This document shows, one piece after another, positions 28,292 to 35,764 of a DNA stretch of 38,356 bases. The notes beneath the pieces are model-generated. The model had not been told where the DNA came from. It did not search any database and saw only the letters and a list, made by a program, of their open reading frames with translations. The position numbers and the translations under genes were made by a program. Origin of the DNA: a virus (lineage: Duplodnaviria; Caudoviricetes); the IMG/VR virus record IMGVR_UViG_3300009154_000120, positions 1 to 38,356 of that record; one strand, written 5' to 3'. Within the stretch, counting starts at the first letter, position 1, and each line of letters starts with the position of its first letter.

Positions 28292-30324
28292 TAAAAGCAC
28301 TAAAAAATATTGATGGAAATGAATTAAATAATCTGGCTAAAAAGACCAGTGTCATTCGTATGTCAAATCAAAATAAACAAGATTCTCAACAATATACTTT
28401 GACTAAAAAAACAACTGCTACTATGTCTAATAATTTTACAACACTTTATAATTCTTTTAATAAAATATTATCAAACACTAAAAATGTGAAAGAATTACAA
28501 AAAGTTCAGACAAAAAGTAATCAGAATAAAAATACTACTATCATTGCTGCTCCTGTACAAATTATTGGTGTAGAAAAGTTAACTGGAAATATAAAAATTC
28601 TTGGTAAATATTTTGAAAACTTAGCCAAATTAATGAAAAAGCTTGATTTAAATCCAGATGAAAATGATCAGGATGAAGATAGCGGTGATGATACGACAAT
28701 CATTGATGCTGATGAAAAAAAGAAAAAGAAAACTAAAGGCAAGAAAAAGGGCAGAGGAAAAACAAAACTAAAAGGTCGTGGTCGTGGTCTTGGTGGTAAA
28801 GCTCTTGGTATCTTTGCGGCTGGCATGGACATGTTTGATAGACTTGGTGATGGAGAAAGCATCACAGAGGCTGGCGTAGGCGTTGCTGGTGGCGTTGCTG
28901 GTGGTTTCGCTGGTGCAGAGGCAGGTGCTGCTTTAGGCGCTCTAGGCGGTGTCGCTGCGCCAATTACAGTGCCTCTTGGTGGTCTTATCGGTGGTGCTAT
29001 TGGTTATTTTGCTGGTGGAAAGATTGCAGATACAGCATATGATGCTGCCACAAAGGTATCACCTGCTGATAAGAGACTTGAAAGTGCTGCTGCTAAAGCA
29101 TCTGTAGTACCTGCTAGACGTGAACCATCAGAAATTAGTAATAATAGTTATTCAAGTCGTTTTGCTGATTATCTTAGCGATACATTTGATAATGTAAAAA
29201 GTTATGTTAGTGGAATAATTGGATATGTTCTTGGTCCAGATATTGGCGGTGGTGGTGATGGTGGTCAACAAGGACCATTAAGTGGCAACACTAATGAAAA
29301 TTTTCAAAAAATCATGGATATTGCTTCTAGATATGGCGATCCACACCCAGAATTAACTGCCGCACAATGGGCGCACGAATCTGGAAGTGGAACATCTCGT
29401 ATGGCAAGAGAATTGAATAATCCATTTGGGCAAACTACAAATAATCCAAATGATGGAGAAACTGTTGTAGGAAAAGATGGTGTAACTCGTATTTTTAAAA
29501 GATATAATTCAATTGAGGATGCCATTAAACACCACGTAGAAAGATGGAATAAAAGATATACAGATTCTAAACAAACACCAAGACAAGCTCTGAGTCAAAT
29601 TCTTAATAATAGATACACAACTGAAGCAGAAAAGCCAGGTTATTATGCTGCTATTGGACAACATCTTGCATCAAATAATATTTCTTATGACAGTCCATAC
29701 ACACCAACTGGTCCATTAACTGGCGGTCAATTAATGAACCCTGTTCCTAGTGGTCGATTTAAAAGTGGTTTTGGTGATTCACGCGAAGGTGGACGTAAGC
29801 ACAAAGGGATTGATCTTGCCGCACCAATTGGAACCCCAATTATGGCTTCTGCTGCTGGTAAAGTGGTGCTTGTTGGTTGGAGCGGCGCATATGGCGGCAA
29901 TAGAGTTCGAATAGACCATGGCAACGGGCTATGGACAAGTTATGAACATATGAGTAGATTTGCTGTCCGCGAAGGCCAAGATGTAGTTGCTGGACAAATT
30001 ATTGGGGCAGTAGGCAATACAGGCATTGGAACTGGACCCCATGTTCATTTTACAGTCTGGAGAGATGGTAAAGAGACTGACCCTATTCCTTATATTTCTG
30101 CACCAAACCCAGCGCCAAGACCTGAAATGAAAAAATCTGCTAAATGGCAGAAAGCAGCAGAAACTTTATATGGTCCGAAAAAAACAAAAAAACCTAGTTT
30201 ATTGATTGTCCCTTCATCACCACAACAACAACAAATTCCATATCAATTTAATTTTGGCACACAAAGACCAAAGCAACAAAATTCAAATTCTAAAAGTCAA
30301 TATTTAAACTACCACAACCAATAA
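28288..30324 (+). CDS. Tape-measure-like protein part 2 with virion-associated peptidoglycan hydrolases (GH73/FlgJ-like glucosaminidase plus M23 peptidase)
   Basis: Glycine-zipper region (GGVAGGFAGAEAGAALGALGG); AAQWAHESG-x-G-x-S...NNPFG...FKRY-x-S...RYTT; M23 motifs HKGID (HxxxD), YEHM and GPHVHF (HxH). Confidence 0.85.
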   Translation: MIKALKNIDGNELNNLAKKTSVIRMSNQNKQDSQQYTLTKKTTATMSNNFTTLYNSFNKILSNTKNVKELQKVQTKSNQNKNTTIIAAPVQIIGVEKLTGNIKILGKYFENLAKLMKKLDLNPDENDQDEDSGDDTTIIDADEKKKKKTKGKKKGRGKTKLKGRGRGLGGKALGIFAAGMDMFDRLGDGESITEAGVGVAGGVAGGFAGAEAGAALGALGGVAAPITVPLGGLIGGAIGYFAGGKIADTAYDAATKVSPADKRLESAAAKASVVPARREPSEISNNSYSSRFADYLSDTFDNVKSYVSGIIGYVLGPDIGGGGDGGQQGPLSGNTNENFQKIMDIASRYGDPHPELTAAQWAHESGSGTSRMARELNNPFGQTTNNPNDGETVVGKDGVTRIFKRYNSIEDAIKHHVERWNKRYTDSKQTPRQALSQILNNRYTTEAEKPGYYAAIGQHLASNNISYDSPYTPTGPLTGGQLMNPVPSGRFKSGFGDSREGGRKHKGIDLAAPIGTPIMASAAGKVVLVGWSGAYGGNRVRIDHGNGLWTSYEHMSRFAVREGQDVVAGQIIGAVGNTGIGTGPHVHFTVWRDGKETDPIPYISAPNPAPRPEMKKSAKWQKAAETLYGPKKTKKPSLLIVPSSPQQQQIPYQFNFGTQRPKQQNSNSKSQYLNYHNQ

Positions 30325-30349
30325 AAAGAGGGGGGATTTCTCCCCCCTC
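30323..30349 (-). terminator. Rho-independent terminator after gp32, at the junction of convergent operons
   Basis: On -: GAGGGGGGA-GAAA-TCCCCCCTC 9-bp stem with GNRA loop, followed by TTTTT. Confidence 0.85.
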
Positions 30350-30355
30350 AGTCTA

Positions 30356-31267
30356 TTAGTCTTCTTCGTTCATACTATTGAAGAATGCTAGATCATCATC
30401 GTCATCATCAGATGCAGCGGCAAAGTTTGGCGCTGGCTTAGACTTGAATGAAGGCTCTGATTTGCTTTCAGCAAAGCTTTCTTCCTGCTTAGAAGAAGCC
30501 TTTGGAGTAGCACCCTTGATACCAAGAACAAGATTTAGACGTGCTTCAAGCTGTTCATAACTCTTGAACTTATCGGGAGTTACCAAATCCTTGAGAGAGT
30601 ATTCCTTCTTGTATACTTCTTCAAGTTTGTCATCATCATTGAACAGCGGTGCTGGCTTTTCAAACTCAGACAGATCATAGTTGGCGTTGCCATCAACTGC
30701 ACGAATGCGAAGCTTGAAGTTGGCACCCCCCCATAGATCGAATGGGTTGAAAGGCTGCATATCTGGGAATGGAGGGAACATGGCATTCTTCAGCTTGTCA
30801 AAAATCTTTGAACCATAGCGGAAGAGGAATACCTTACCTTCATTCTCAGGATTAGCAGGGTCACTTACAACATAAATGTTTGAGTGATAGTTAAGCTGGC
30901 GCTTCTGCTCACGTGCCTGAGTACGCTCTGGACCCTTATCATTTTCTGAAGAGTTCCAAAGAATGGTATTATAATCCAAACAAGGATCGGGGAGACCAAT
31001 TGTCGATAGACAATTTTCGATATACCATTGACCAGATGGCCCCTTAAAACCATGAGTAAAGATACGTGCCCAAGGATCAGCATCATCACCATCGATTTCA
31101 GGAGTTGGAAGGAAGCGAATGACTGCATAGCCATTCTTGGCCTTGTCTGTAGCACACAGCCAGTAGCGTTCATCTTTATAACTAGCCTTTGAGTTAAGCT
31201 TGTTAACCTGATCGGCTAGCTTGTCGAGTGAGTTCTGTGACGAACGCTTTAGATTTGCAAATGACAT
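30356..31267 (-). CDS. gp32: Single-stranded DNA-binding protein gp32
   Basis: D-x-R-x-W...DKAKNGYAVIRFLP, HGFKGP-x-G-x-WYIENCLSTIG, EGKVFLFRYG-x-KIFDK, PFDLW-x-GANFKL, acidic C-terminal tail. Confidence 0.97.
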   Translation of the reverse strand: MSFANLKRSSQNSLDKLADQVNKLNSKASYKDERYWLCATDKAKNGYAVIRFLPTPEIDGDDADPWARIFTHGFKGPSGQWYIENCLSTIGLPDPCLDYNTILWNSSENDKGPERTQAREQKRQLNYHSNIYVVSDPANPENEGKVFLFRYGSKIFDKLKNAMFPPFPDMQPFNPFDLWGGANFKLRIRAVDGNANYDLSEFEKPAPLFNDDDKLEEVYKKEYSLKDLVTPDKFKSYEQLEARLNLVLGIKGATPKASSKQEESFAESKSEPSFKSKPAPNFAAASDDDDDDLAFFNSMNEED

Positions 31268-31341
31268 ATATTTTCTCCGTATGTTTGCGTGTATTTAAGT
31301 TTTTTTGTCGTATTGTTATGGTGAAAAATATCCACCAATTT

Positions 31342-31349
31342 TATTTATA
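31342..31349 (-). promoter_or_regulatory. Late promoter TATAAATA upstream of gp32
   Basis: Exact T4 late consensus overlapping the gp59 stop. Confidence 0.65.
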
Positions 31350-31920
31350 CAGTAAGAATATCTTTGACAATCTTTTTCATCTTAGATTTATCATAATTGA
31401 TAAACTCACTATATTTTAGACACCTATCTCTAGTTTTTGGCCATAGAATGGTATCTGTTATCTTCTTGTCCCAATAAGGAAAGAAGTTCATTAAGTCATT
31501 AAGAATAGTCAGCGTTTCTATGCTGATATTCCCCTGACGAAATTCCTTAAGTAGTTTAGGGTGCTGACCATTTTCTACTATAAAATAACTCTTGAACTCT
31601 GTAGAAATTCCAGTTAGTTCTTTTTCAAAGTTATATGTTAGTGATTGTTTTCGGCGCTGCCATTGAACATATCTGTTCTCCGAATCAGCATCAAACAAAT
31701 CACGCACCCATATATCACCTTCAAGAAAGTTTGCAAGCAAAAAGTTTAGTAGATCATCTTTCTTTGAAAGCTTTTCAAAATAGTATCTATCTTTTCTTTT
31801 CTCAAATGTGATTGGATTGGCATTGACCTTGCCACTATATTTAATGTAACTATAATTTTTTGGAGGGTCGAAGTGCGACTTTATCCCCAAGTACATCTTG
31901 TAAGCCTCAAAACCAGTCAT
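31345..31920 (-). CDS. gp59: Helicase loader gp59
   Basis: GFEAYK-x-YL-x-x-K-x-HF...Y-x-Y-x-KY-x-GK...F-x-KRKDRYYFEKL, GQHP-x-LL...IS-x-ETL-x-IL; synteny 33-59-32. Confidence 0.93.
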   Translation of the reverse strand: MTGFEAYKMYLGIKSHFDPPKNYSYIKYSGKVNANPITFEKRKDRYYFEKLSKKDDLLNFLLANFLEGDIWVRDLFDADSENRYVQWQRRKQSLTYNFEKELTGISTEFKSYFIVENGQHPKLLKEFRQGNISIETLTILNDLMNFFPYWDKKITDTILWPKTRDRCLKYSEFINYDKSKMKKIVKDILTV

Positions 31921-31935
31921 AATATAATCCTATTG

Positions 31936-32181
31936 TTAGATAGGAAGCTTAGCAGACTTTGGTAAATAATGAAGCTCTTCGCCCTCCATTTGAAGTGATG
32001 ATTTCATTCTATAGTTACCCGCAATCATTGCAGCAGCAGTTTCTATCTCAATCTCATTCTTTTCGCAGAAAAAAACTACAGCGTCAATATATTTCAGCTT
32101 ATGTTTTTTAACTAAAGAATCAATTTCTTTATAAAATTTGTCTGCATTAATGGCTTTGGCTAACTTTAGTTCACTCATCAA
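31936..32181 (-). CDS. gp33: Late transcription coactivator gp33
   Basis: F-x-x-EI-x-x-LV...YIDAVV-x-FCE-x-N-x-IE-x-E...L-x-x-E-x-x-x-L-x-YLPK-x-x-KLPI. Confidence 0.92.
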   Translation of the reverse strand: MMSELKLAKAINADKFYKEIDSLVKKHKLKYIDAVVFFCEKNEIEIETAAAMIAGNYRMKSSLQMEGEELHYLPKSAKLPI

Positions 32182-32751
32182 TTATCCTTTATAGAATATA
32201 TGAGCACCAATCGTGGCAACTCGTTTTAATCCCCAATTGGGATTTACATAGTTAGCATGATAAAATAGTGCACCATGTGTTACATCATGTATTTTATTTA
32301 GATATACACGTTCAGCGGCTGCTCGTGCACGTCTATAACTGTCCATATCACGAATTCGCTTTTTACCTTCGCATACCCAAGAAAATTGGCATACACCATT
32401 TCTACGTTGTTTAACAACTTTACATGGTGTATCTGGAAATCTGCTGTCTTCAGTGCGGTTTATGACCACGTTGGTGACTGCAAGCATCCCTTTCTCAGAT
32501 TGATTGCCAGCTTCGAAATAAGCATTTCTAGCTAGACATTGTAATTGACGTTCGTCATGTGGAGTAATCTTTAAAGCTTCTTTTGTTTTTTGAATAACTT
32601 TTATGTCGATTACTTTTGGGGTTTCGATTATTGTTGACGTTGGTTTTGCAGGAGTAGCAATCATTACCGAAGCAAGGAGTGCTAATACCAAACATACACC
32701 AAGGAACCAACTTTTTTCGTTGCCCTTAGTGATATCGATTAAATGAGTCAT
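32182..32751 (-). CDS. SleB / Hydrolase_2 cell wall hydrolase with N-terminal signal or transmembrane segment
   Basis: CLARNAYFEA-x-NQ...AV-x-NVV-x-NR...FP-x-T-x-C-x-VV-x-Q...CQFSW-x-C...GALFYHANYVNP-x-W...IG-x-HIFY; hydrophobic N-terminal helix. Confidence 0.93.
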   Translation of the reverse strand: MTHLIDITKGNEKSWFLGVCLVLALLASVMIATPAKPTSTIIETPKVIDIKVIQKTKEALKITPHDERQLQCLARNAYFEAGNQSEKGMLAVTNVVINRTEDSRFPDTPCKVVKQRRNGVCQFSWVCEGKKRIRDMDSYRRARAAAERVYLNKIHDVTHGALFYHANYVNPNWGLKRVATIGAHIFYKG

Positions 32752-32764
32752 TGTATTCTCTTAA

Positions 32765-33025
32765 GTTCAATGACTTTGGAATCATTAACAGCGTTATAGC
32801 ATATCTCAATGCCTACTGTCAATAACCTATGAGAAGATACAACAAGAAAGAACTGTGCCTTTGATATCTTCTACATCCATCCCTCCATTACTAGGAATGC
32901 AAAATCATTAGTGTTTCGTCGGTGGAATTATTACGCATCTGAGACACGAGATAATTCCGCTTTCTTAGCCACGTAAGGACTTGAAGCTGTTGTAATGGTC
33001 AATGGAGGTAGTTTTACCCCCGGTA
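32765..33025 (-). ncRNA. Candidate structured RNA / 5' leader of the SleB-like gene
   Basis: At least seven helices found by eye, with G-U pairs mostly favouring the - strand; starts just after a GATAAATA late promoter motif; no ORF. Confidence 0.6.
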
Positions 33026-33031
33026 AAGAAA

Positions 33032-33039
33032 TATTTATC
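33032..33039 (-). promoter_or_regulatory. Late promoter motif GATAAATA
   Basis: TAAATA variant about 10 nt upstream of the first hairpin of the structured leader. Confidence 0.55.
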
Positions 33040-33138
33040 TATACCATAAACTCCATATATCTGAATATGTAGTCTAATTAATATAATGTCAATGAGTATT
33101 ACTTCAACTTATCGTTGTTATGTAACACTTCACCGTAT

Positions 33139-33315
33139 TTAAATTCGTTCTTGAATATCTTTAATACGGGTTTCTATATATTTAAGGACAACTGCCATCG
33201 TTTCTGGCGATGAACAGTTGCCATTATTAATCTTACTTTCTATGATACCCTTTTCATGCTTAAGTGTTGATAATAGTCTTAATTCAACAGAGCATGGGCG
33301 GGTAATATTTTGCAT
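33139..33315 (-). CDS. Hypothetical protein (58 aa)
   Basis: Not in the ORF track. MQNITRPCSVELRLLSTLKHEKGIIESKINNGNCSSPETMAVVLKYIETRIKDIQERI*, with AAGGA RBS. Confidence 0.65.
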   Translation of the reverse strand: MQNITRPCSVELRLLSTLKHEKGIIESKINNGNCSSPETMAVVLKYIETRIKDIQERI

Positions 33316-33326
33316 AGAAAGTATCC

Positions 33327-33803
33327 TTAAATTAGTTCAAAGCCAATAACACTATCAACCTTGAAATTGCGAACCTTGATTTCTTCATCAAGACCCTGAC
33401 TATTGCTCTTACGGGTAGGAATGAATGGCTTGAGTTCATCATATTCGATGACGTTGTTAGCAGCGTCAACGTAGATAGGAACCCCAATGCGGTTTTCCTC
33501 AATGCACTTAATATATAGTTGACCGTTATTCTCAAGCAGAGCATTACCAATCATCTGACCATAACCAAGGCTCTTGGCTTCAAAGTTGGCGGTGTTGCCT
33601 TCCTTGATGCGCTGTTCGTTCACACGATACTGATAGTCAGCATTCATCGTCACCTTGATGGTGTTGATCTTGAAAACTTCAGTATATGGATTGGGGATGT
33701 TCTTAGTGTCAACATCCTTCTTATTCATCTTGACCGCAGTCTTGGTCTGAAGGATGGCCTTAGTGTCAGGCTTAACGATCTTAGCAAATTCAACAATGTT
33801 CAT
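33327..33803 (-). CDS. Hypothetical early phage protein (158 aa)
   Basis: GGAG RBS before ATG 33803 (MNIVEF), downstream of a consensus sigma70 promoter. Confidence 0.8.
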   Translation of the reverse strand: MNIVEFAKIVKPDTKAILQTKTAVKMNKKDVDTKNIPNPYTEVFKINTIKVTMNADYQYRVNEQRIKEGNTANFEAKSLGYGQMIGNALLENNGQLYIKCIEENRIGVPIYVDAANNVIEYDELKPFIPTRKSNSQGLDEEIKVRNFKVDSVIGFELI

Positions 33804-33834
33804 AATATATTCTCCATTCATCATTTATGCTCTA

Positions 33835-33863
33835 ATTATACAGACAAAAACGATTCATGTCAA
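33835..33863 (-). promoter_or_regulatory. Sigma70-type early promoter
   Basis: TTGACA-N17-TATAAT, perfect consensus. Confidence 0.85.
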
Positions 33864-33865
33864 CA

Positions 33866-33901
33866 TAAAAAGTGGGGATCAGAAAATAAATCTGACCCCC
33901 A
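33866..33901 (-). terminator. Rho-independent terminator
   Basis: On -: TGGGGGTCAGA-TTTATTT-TCTGATCCCCA stem-loop followed by CTTTTT, right after the 33909 stop. Confidence 0.75.
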
Positions 33902-33908
33902 TATAATT

Positions 33909-34127
33909 TTATTCCTTGCCGTCAACAAACCCTTTGAGCTTTTTAGCTTCTTCTAAAAGTTGCTCTGTAGTAGGATATTGAGGAACTTCAGTTAGATATG
34001 AAGCATTTTCGTTGATACGAGCCTTTTCGGCTGCGTTTGACCATTCTGTATGGAACTTTTCTGATGCTCTTTGCTGAGCTAGCTTGATCATCTCCATGCG
34101 TAGGAGATATGCGGTATCTTGTGGCAT
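33909..34127 (-). CDS. Small hypothetical protein of a type common in T4-like phages (72 aa)
   Basis: AAAGGA RBS before ATG 34127. MPQDTAYLLRMEMIKLAQ...YPTTEQLLEEAKKLKGFV; preceded by TATAAATA. Confidence 0.8.
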   Translation of the reverse strand: MPQDTAYLLRMEMIKLAQQRASEKFHTEWSNAAEKARINENASYLTEVPQYPTTEQLLEEAKKLKGFVDGKE

Positions 34128-34170
34128 AGTATTTCCTTTGTGTATGTGTGTACGTCCGTTGTGGACATTG

Positions 34171-34178
34171 TATTTATA
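34171..34178 (-). promoter_or_regulatory. Late promoter TATAAATA
   Basis: Exact T4 late consensus about 45 nt upstream of ATG 34127. Confidence 0.7.
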
Positions 34179-34243
34179 ACTTAGAAGAACACACTCAAGC
34201 GTACCCAAAGGCCGTAAGTCTTATAGAATGTGCTCATCTAAGT

Positions 34244-34595
34244 GGTGGGATTCTGTTTCCACGCTCCCACCGGGCGCATTTGAATTAAGCCGCTAGGCGG
34301 AATTCAACAGAGCTGTTATCGTTAGCTGCATTTACGTTTTGTGGCACTTTGCCAATCAATCAGTCTCGGACGCCCTATTACACGTGAATCGATCCTATTT
34401 CGCCCCCATCATAAACATACTACTTTCTGTTAGTATCCTCATGTCTCACGACACTATTGAACGACCACTAGTGAAGTTCGGTCCCAACTTACCTCTCAAA
34501 ATAGAGGAGCCAGGCTAGTATGTTTATGGTGGAGGCGCGGAAGTACTGCCCTCCCGGTCTTCACCGCTTTTATTGTTGCCTGTCAACAACTGATA
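34244..34595 (-). ncRNA. ssrA: Circularly permuted (two-piece) tmRNA, alphaproteobacterial type
   Basis: The acceptor piece ends ...GACCGGGAGGGCAGTACTTCCGCGCCTCCACCA (CCA at 34529-34527) and lies upstream of the coding piece starting GGGGGCGAAATAGGATCGA (34407). The acceptor stem GGGGGCG/CGCCTCC has the G3-U alanine determinant. Tag ORF 34329-34285 reads AANDNSSVEFRLAA*. Outer boundaries are approximate. Confidence 0.95.
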
Positions 34596-34599
34596 ACTC

Positions 34600-34606
34600 T
34601 ATTTAG
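34600..34606 (-). promoter_or_regulatory. Late promoter variant CTAAATA upstream of the tmRNA
   Basis: TAAATA motif immediately 5' of the acceptor piece. Confidence 0.55.
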
Positions 34607-34624
34607 TATGATTCGTTTCTTAAG

Positions 34625-34891
34625 TCAAGCAGTTTCATTTTCTAGAATTTCTACCAATTCATCAATTTGTTGATTGGCTAAATCTAAACGCTCTTTAAGA
34701 GCTTGAATTGTGTTTGCAACTGTATGATTATAATCAATTTGCTCATGTCCTAAAAAATTAATTTTAGAAAGACGAACTAAAGAAACCATATTATATGCAT
34801 TTTGTACTAACCAATTTTCTTCGTTAAGTATATGCCGAATATCTTCATCACTTGCTAATGAAACTCTGATACATTCTTTTTCCGTTTTCAT
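34625..34891 (-). CDS. Hypothetical protein (88 aa)
   Basis: GGAG RBS before ATG 34891 (MKTEKECIR); C-terminal coiled coil. Confidence 0.7.
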   Translation of the reverse strand: MKTEKECIRVSLASDEDIRHILNEENWLVQNAYNMVSLVRLSKINFLGHEQIDYNHTVANTIQALKERLDLANQQIDELVEILENETA

Positions 34892-34896
34892 CACAC

Positions 34897-35283
34897 TTAC
34901 TCCGAAAGCCATTTGGCGATTGAACCATATTTGAGGTTGAAGACCCACTCAAGGCGTTCGTAACCATAAAACTGCATATCTTCTAGCTCACCTTCAGCAT
35001 CAGCGATGATGTCAATTGCACGAAACTCATCACAGTTGCAGAGCGCCATTGTGTCATTAACACGCTTTACGAAATTGGTGAAGTTACGAGCCTGACGCTC
35101 AGCATCTTCCGCATCCTTGCGATTTAGCATGTTAATAAGAGCTTCAAAGTCAGCATCAAATTCTTCAGTTGTCTCAAACTGAGCATAACGAGGGCGGCTA
35201 CCATAAACGTCCTTGTACAGGTCTGAATAGATATCGCCATCATGCGATTTGGTCAGTTCATTAATGTCCCGAAGAGTAAGCAT
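34897..35283 (-). CDS. Hypothetical early phage protein (YSDLYKDVYGSRPR motif)
   Basis: AAAGGA RBS, own sigma70 promoter; the SD-x-x-KD-x-YG-x-RPR motif recurs in phage hypothetical proteins. Confidence 0.85.
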   Translation of the reverse strand: MLTLRDINELTKSHDGDIYSDLYKDVYGSRPRYAQFETTEEFDADFEALINMLNRKDAEDAERQARNFTNFVKRVNDTMALCNCDEFRAIDIIADAEGELEDMQFYGYERLEWVFNLKYGSIAKWLSE

Positions 35284-35312
35284 TTTGAAGTCCTTTCGTT
35301 TTCGATGGACCC

Positions 35313-35341
35313 CTTATATGCTATGTTTCGTGTTTGGTCAA
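35313..35341 (-). promoter_or_regulatory. Sigma70-type early promoter
   Basis: TTGACC-N17-TATAAG, 30 nt upstream of ATG 35283. Confidence 0.7.
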
Positions 35342-35644
35342 GAGGTTTTTTGCTCTTTCTTTTACCCATGGATCGAAAGGCAGAAAAGCACCAGATGCTC
35401 CTGACCAATCAGCAAACTCTTTATCGTAGAACCCTATGTTTTGCTTACGTTTTTGTAATTCTGTAAGCTCATCAGCCCATTGCTGCCACTTGTCATCACT
35501 GACAATATTATTATCCATGTGATAGTAAATATACGAATGAACCAACATTTGAATGCGGCGCTGACGAATCTTTTCTGATAATGTCTGCACTGCATTCACC
35601 ATAGGATCATCGTCTTCTGGTTCAAGAAACTCCAAAAGTGACAT
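35321..35644 (-). CDS. Stand-alone protein resembling domain Ia (NAD+-binding) of NAD-dependent DNA ligase
   Basis: HSYIYYHMDNNIVSDDKWQQWADELTELQ resembles LigA H-x-Y-x-YY-x-x-D-x-P-x-ISD-x-EYD-x-L-x-x-EL-x-x-LE; no KxDG adenylation motif. Confidence 0.7.
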   Translation of the reverse strand: MSLLEFLEPEDDDPMVNAVQTLSEKIRQRRIQMLVHSYIYYHMDNNIVSDDKWQQWADELTELQKRKQNIGFYDKEFADWSGASGAFLPFDPWVKERAKNLLTKHET

Positions 35645-35647
35645 AAA

Positions 35648-35761
35648 CTATAAACTGCCCAATCTTTCTCCAGAATATTTGTTAGTGCGAAGTGGCACCC
35701 ACCACCATTCGTTGTTCAGATACCAATCAATAGTTTTCTCTAGACCACTTTTTATTTTTAT
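35648..35761 (-). pseudogene. Remnant of the 3' end of a dTDP-glucose 4,6-dehydratase (rmlB/rfbB-like) gene
   Basis: Start-less frame IKIKSGLEKTIDWYLNNEWWWVPLRTNKYSGERLGSL* resembles the alphaproteobacterial RmlB C-terminus (G-x-x-KT-x-x-WYL-x-N-x-x-WW-x-PL...Y-x-GERLG). Confidence 0.7.
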
Positions 35762-35764
35762 CTA

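Noticed and set aside
23806-29924. - strand ORFs such as 27118-27576 and 27637-27972
   Set aside because: Antisense to gp4 through the tape-measure genes; they stay open because of Gly/Ala/Pro-rich codon bias.
33519-33956. 145-aa + strand ORF
   Set aside because: Antisense to a promoter-supported gene and crosses its promoter and a terminator.
34408-34526. Possible hammerhead or HDV/theta ribozyme in the tmRNA intervening segment
   Set aside because: GAAA is present but there is no CUGANGA core, and I could not build the nested double pseudoknot. Kept only as an unclassified structure.
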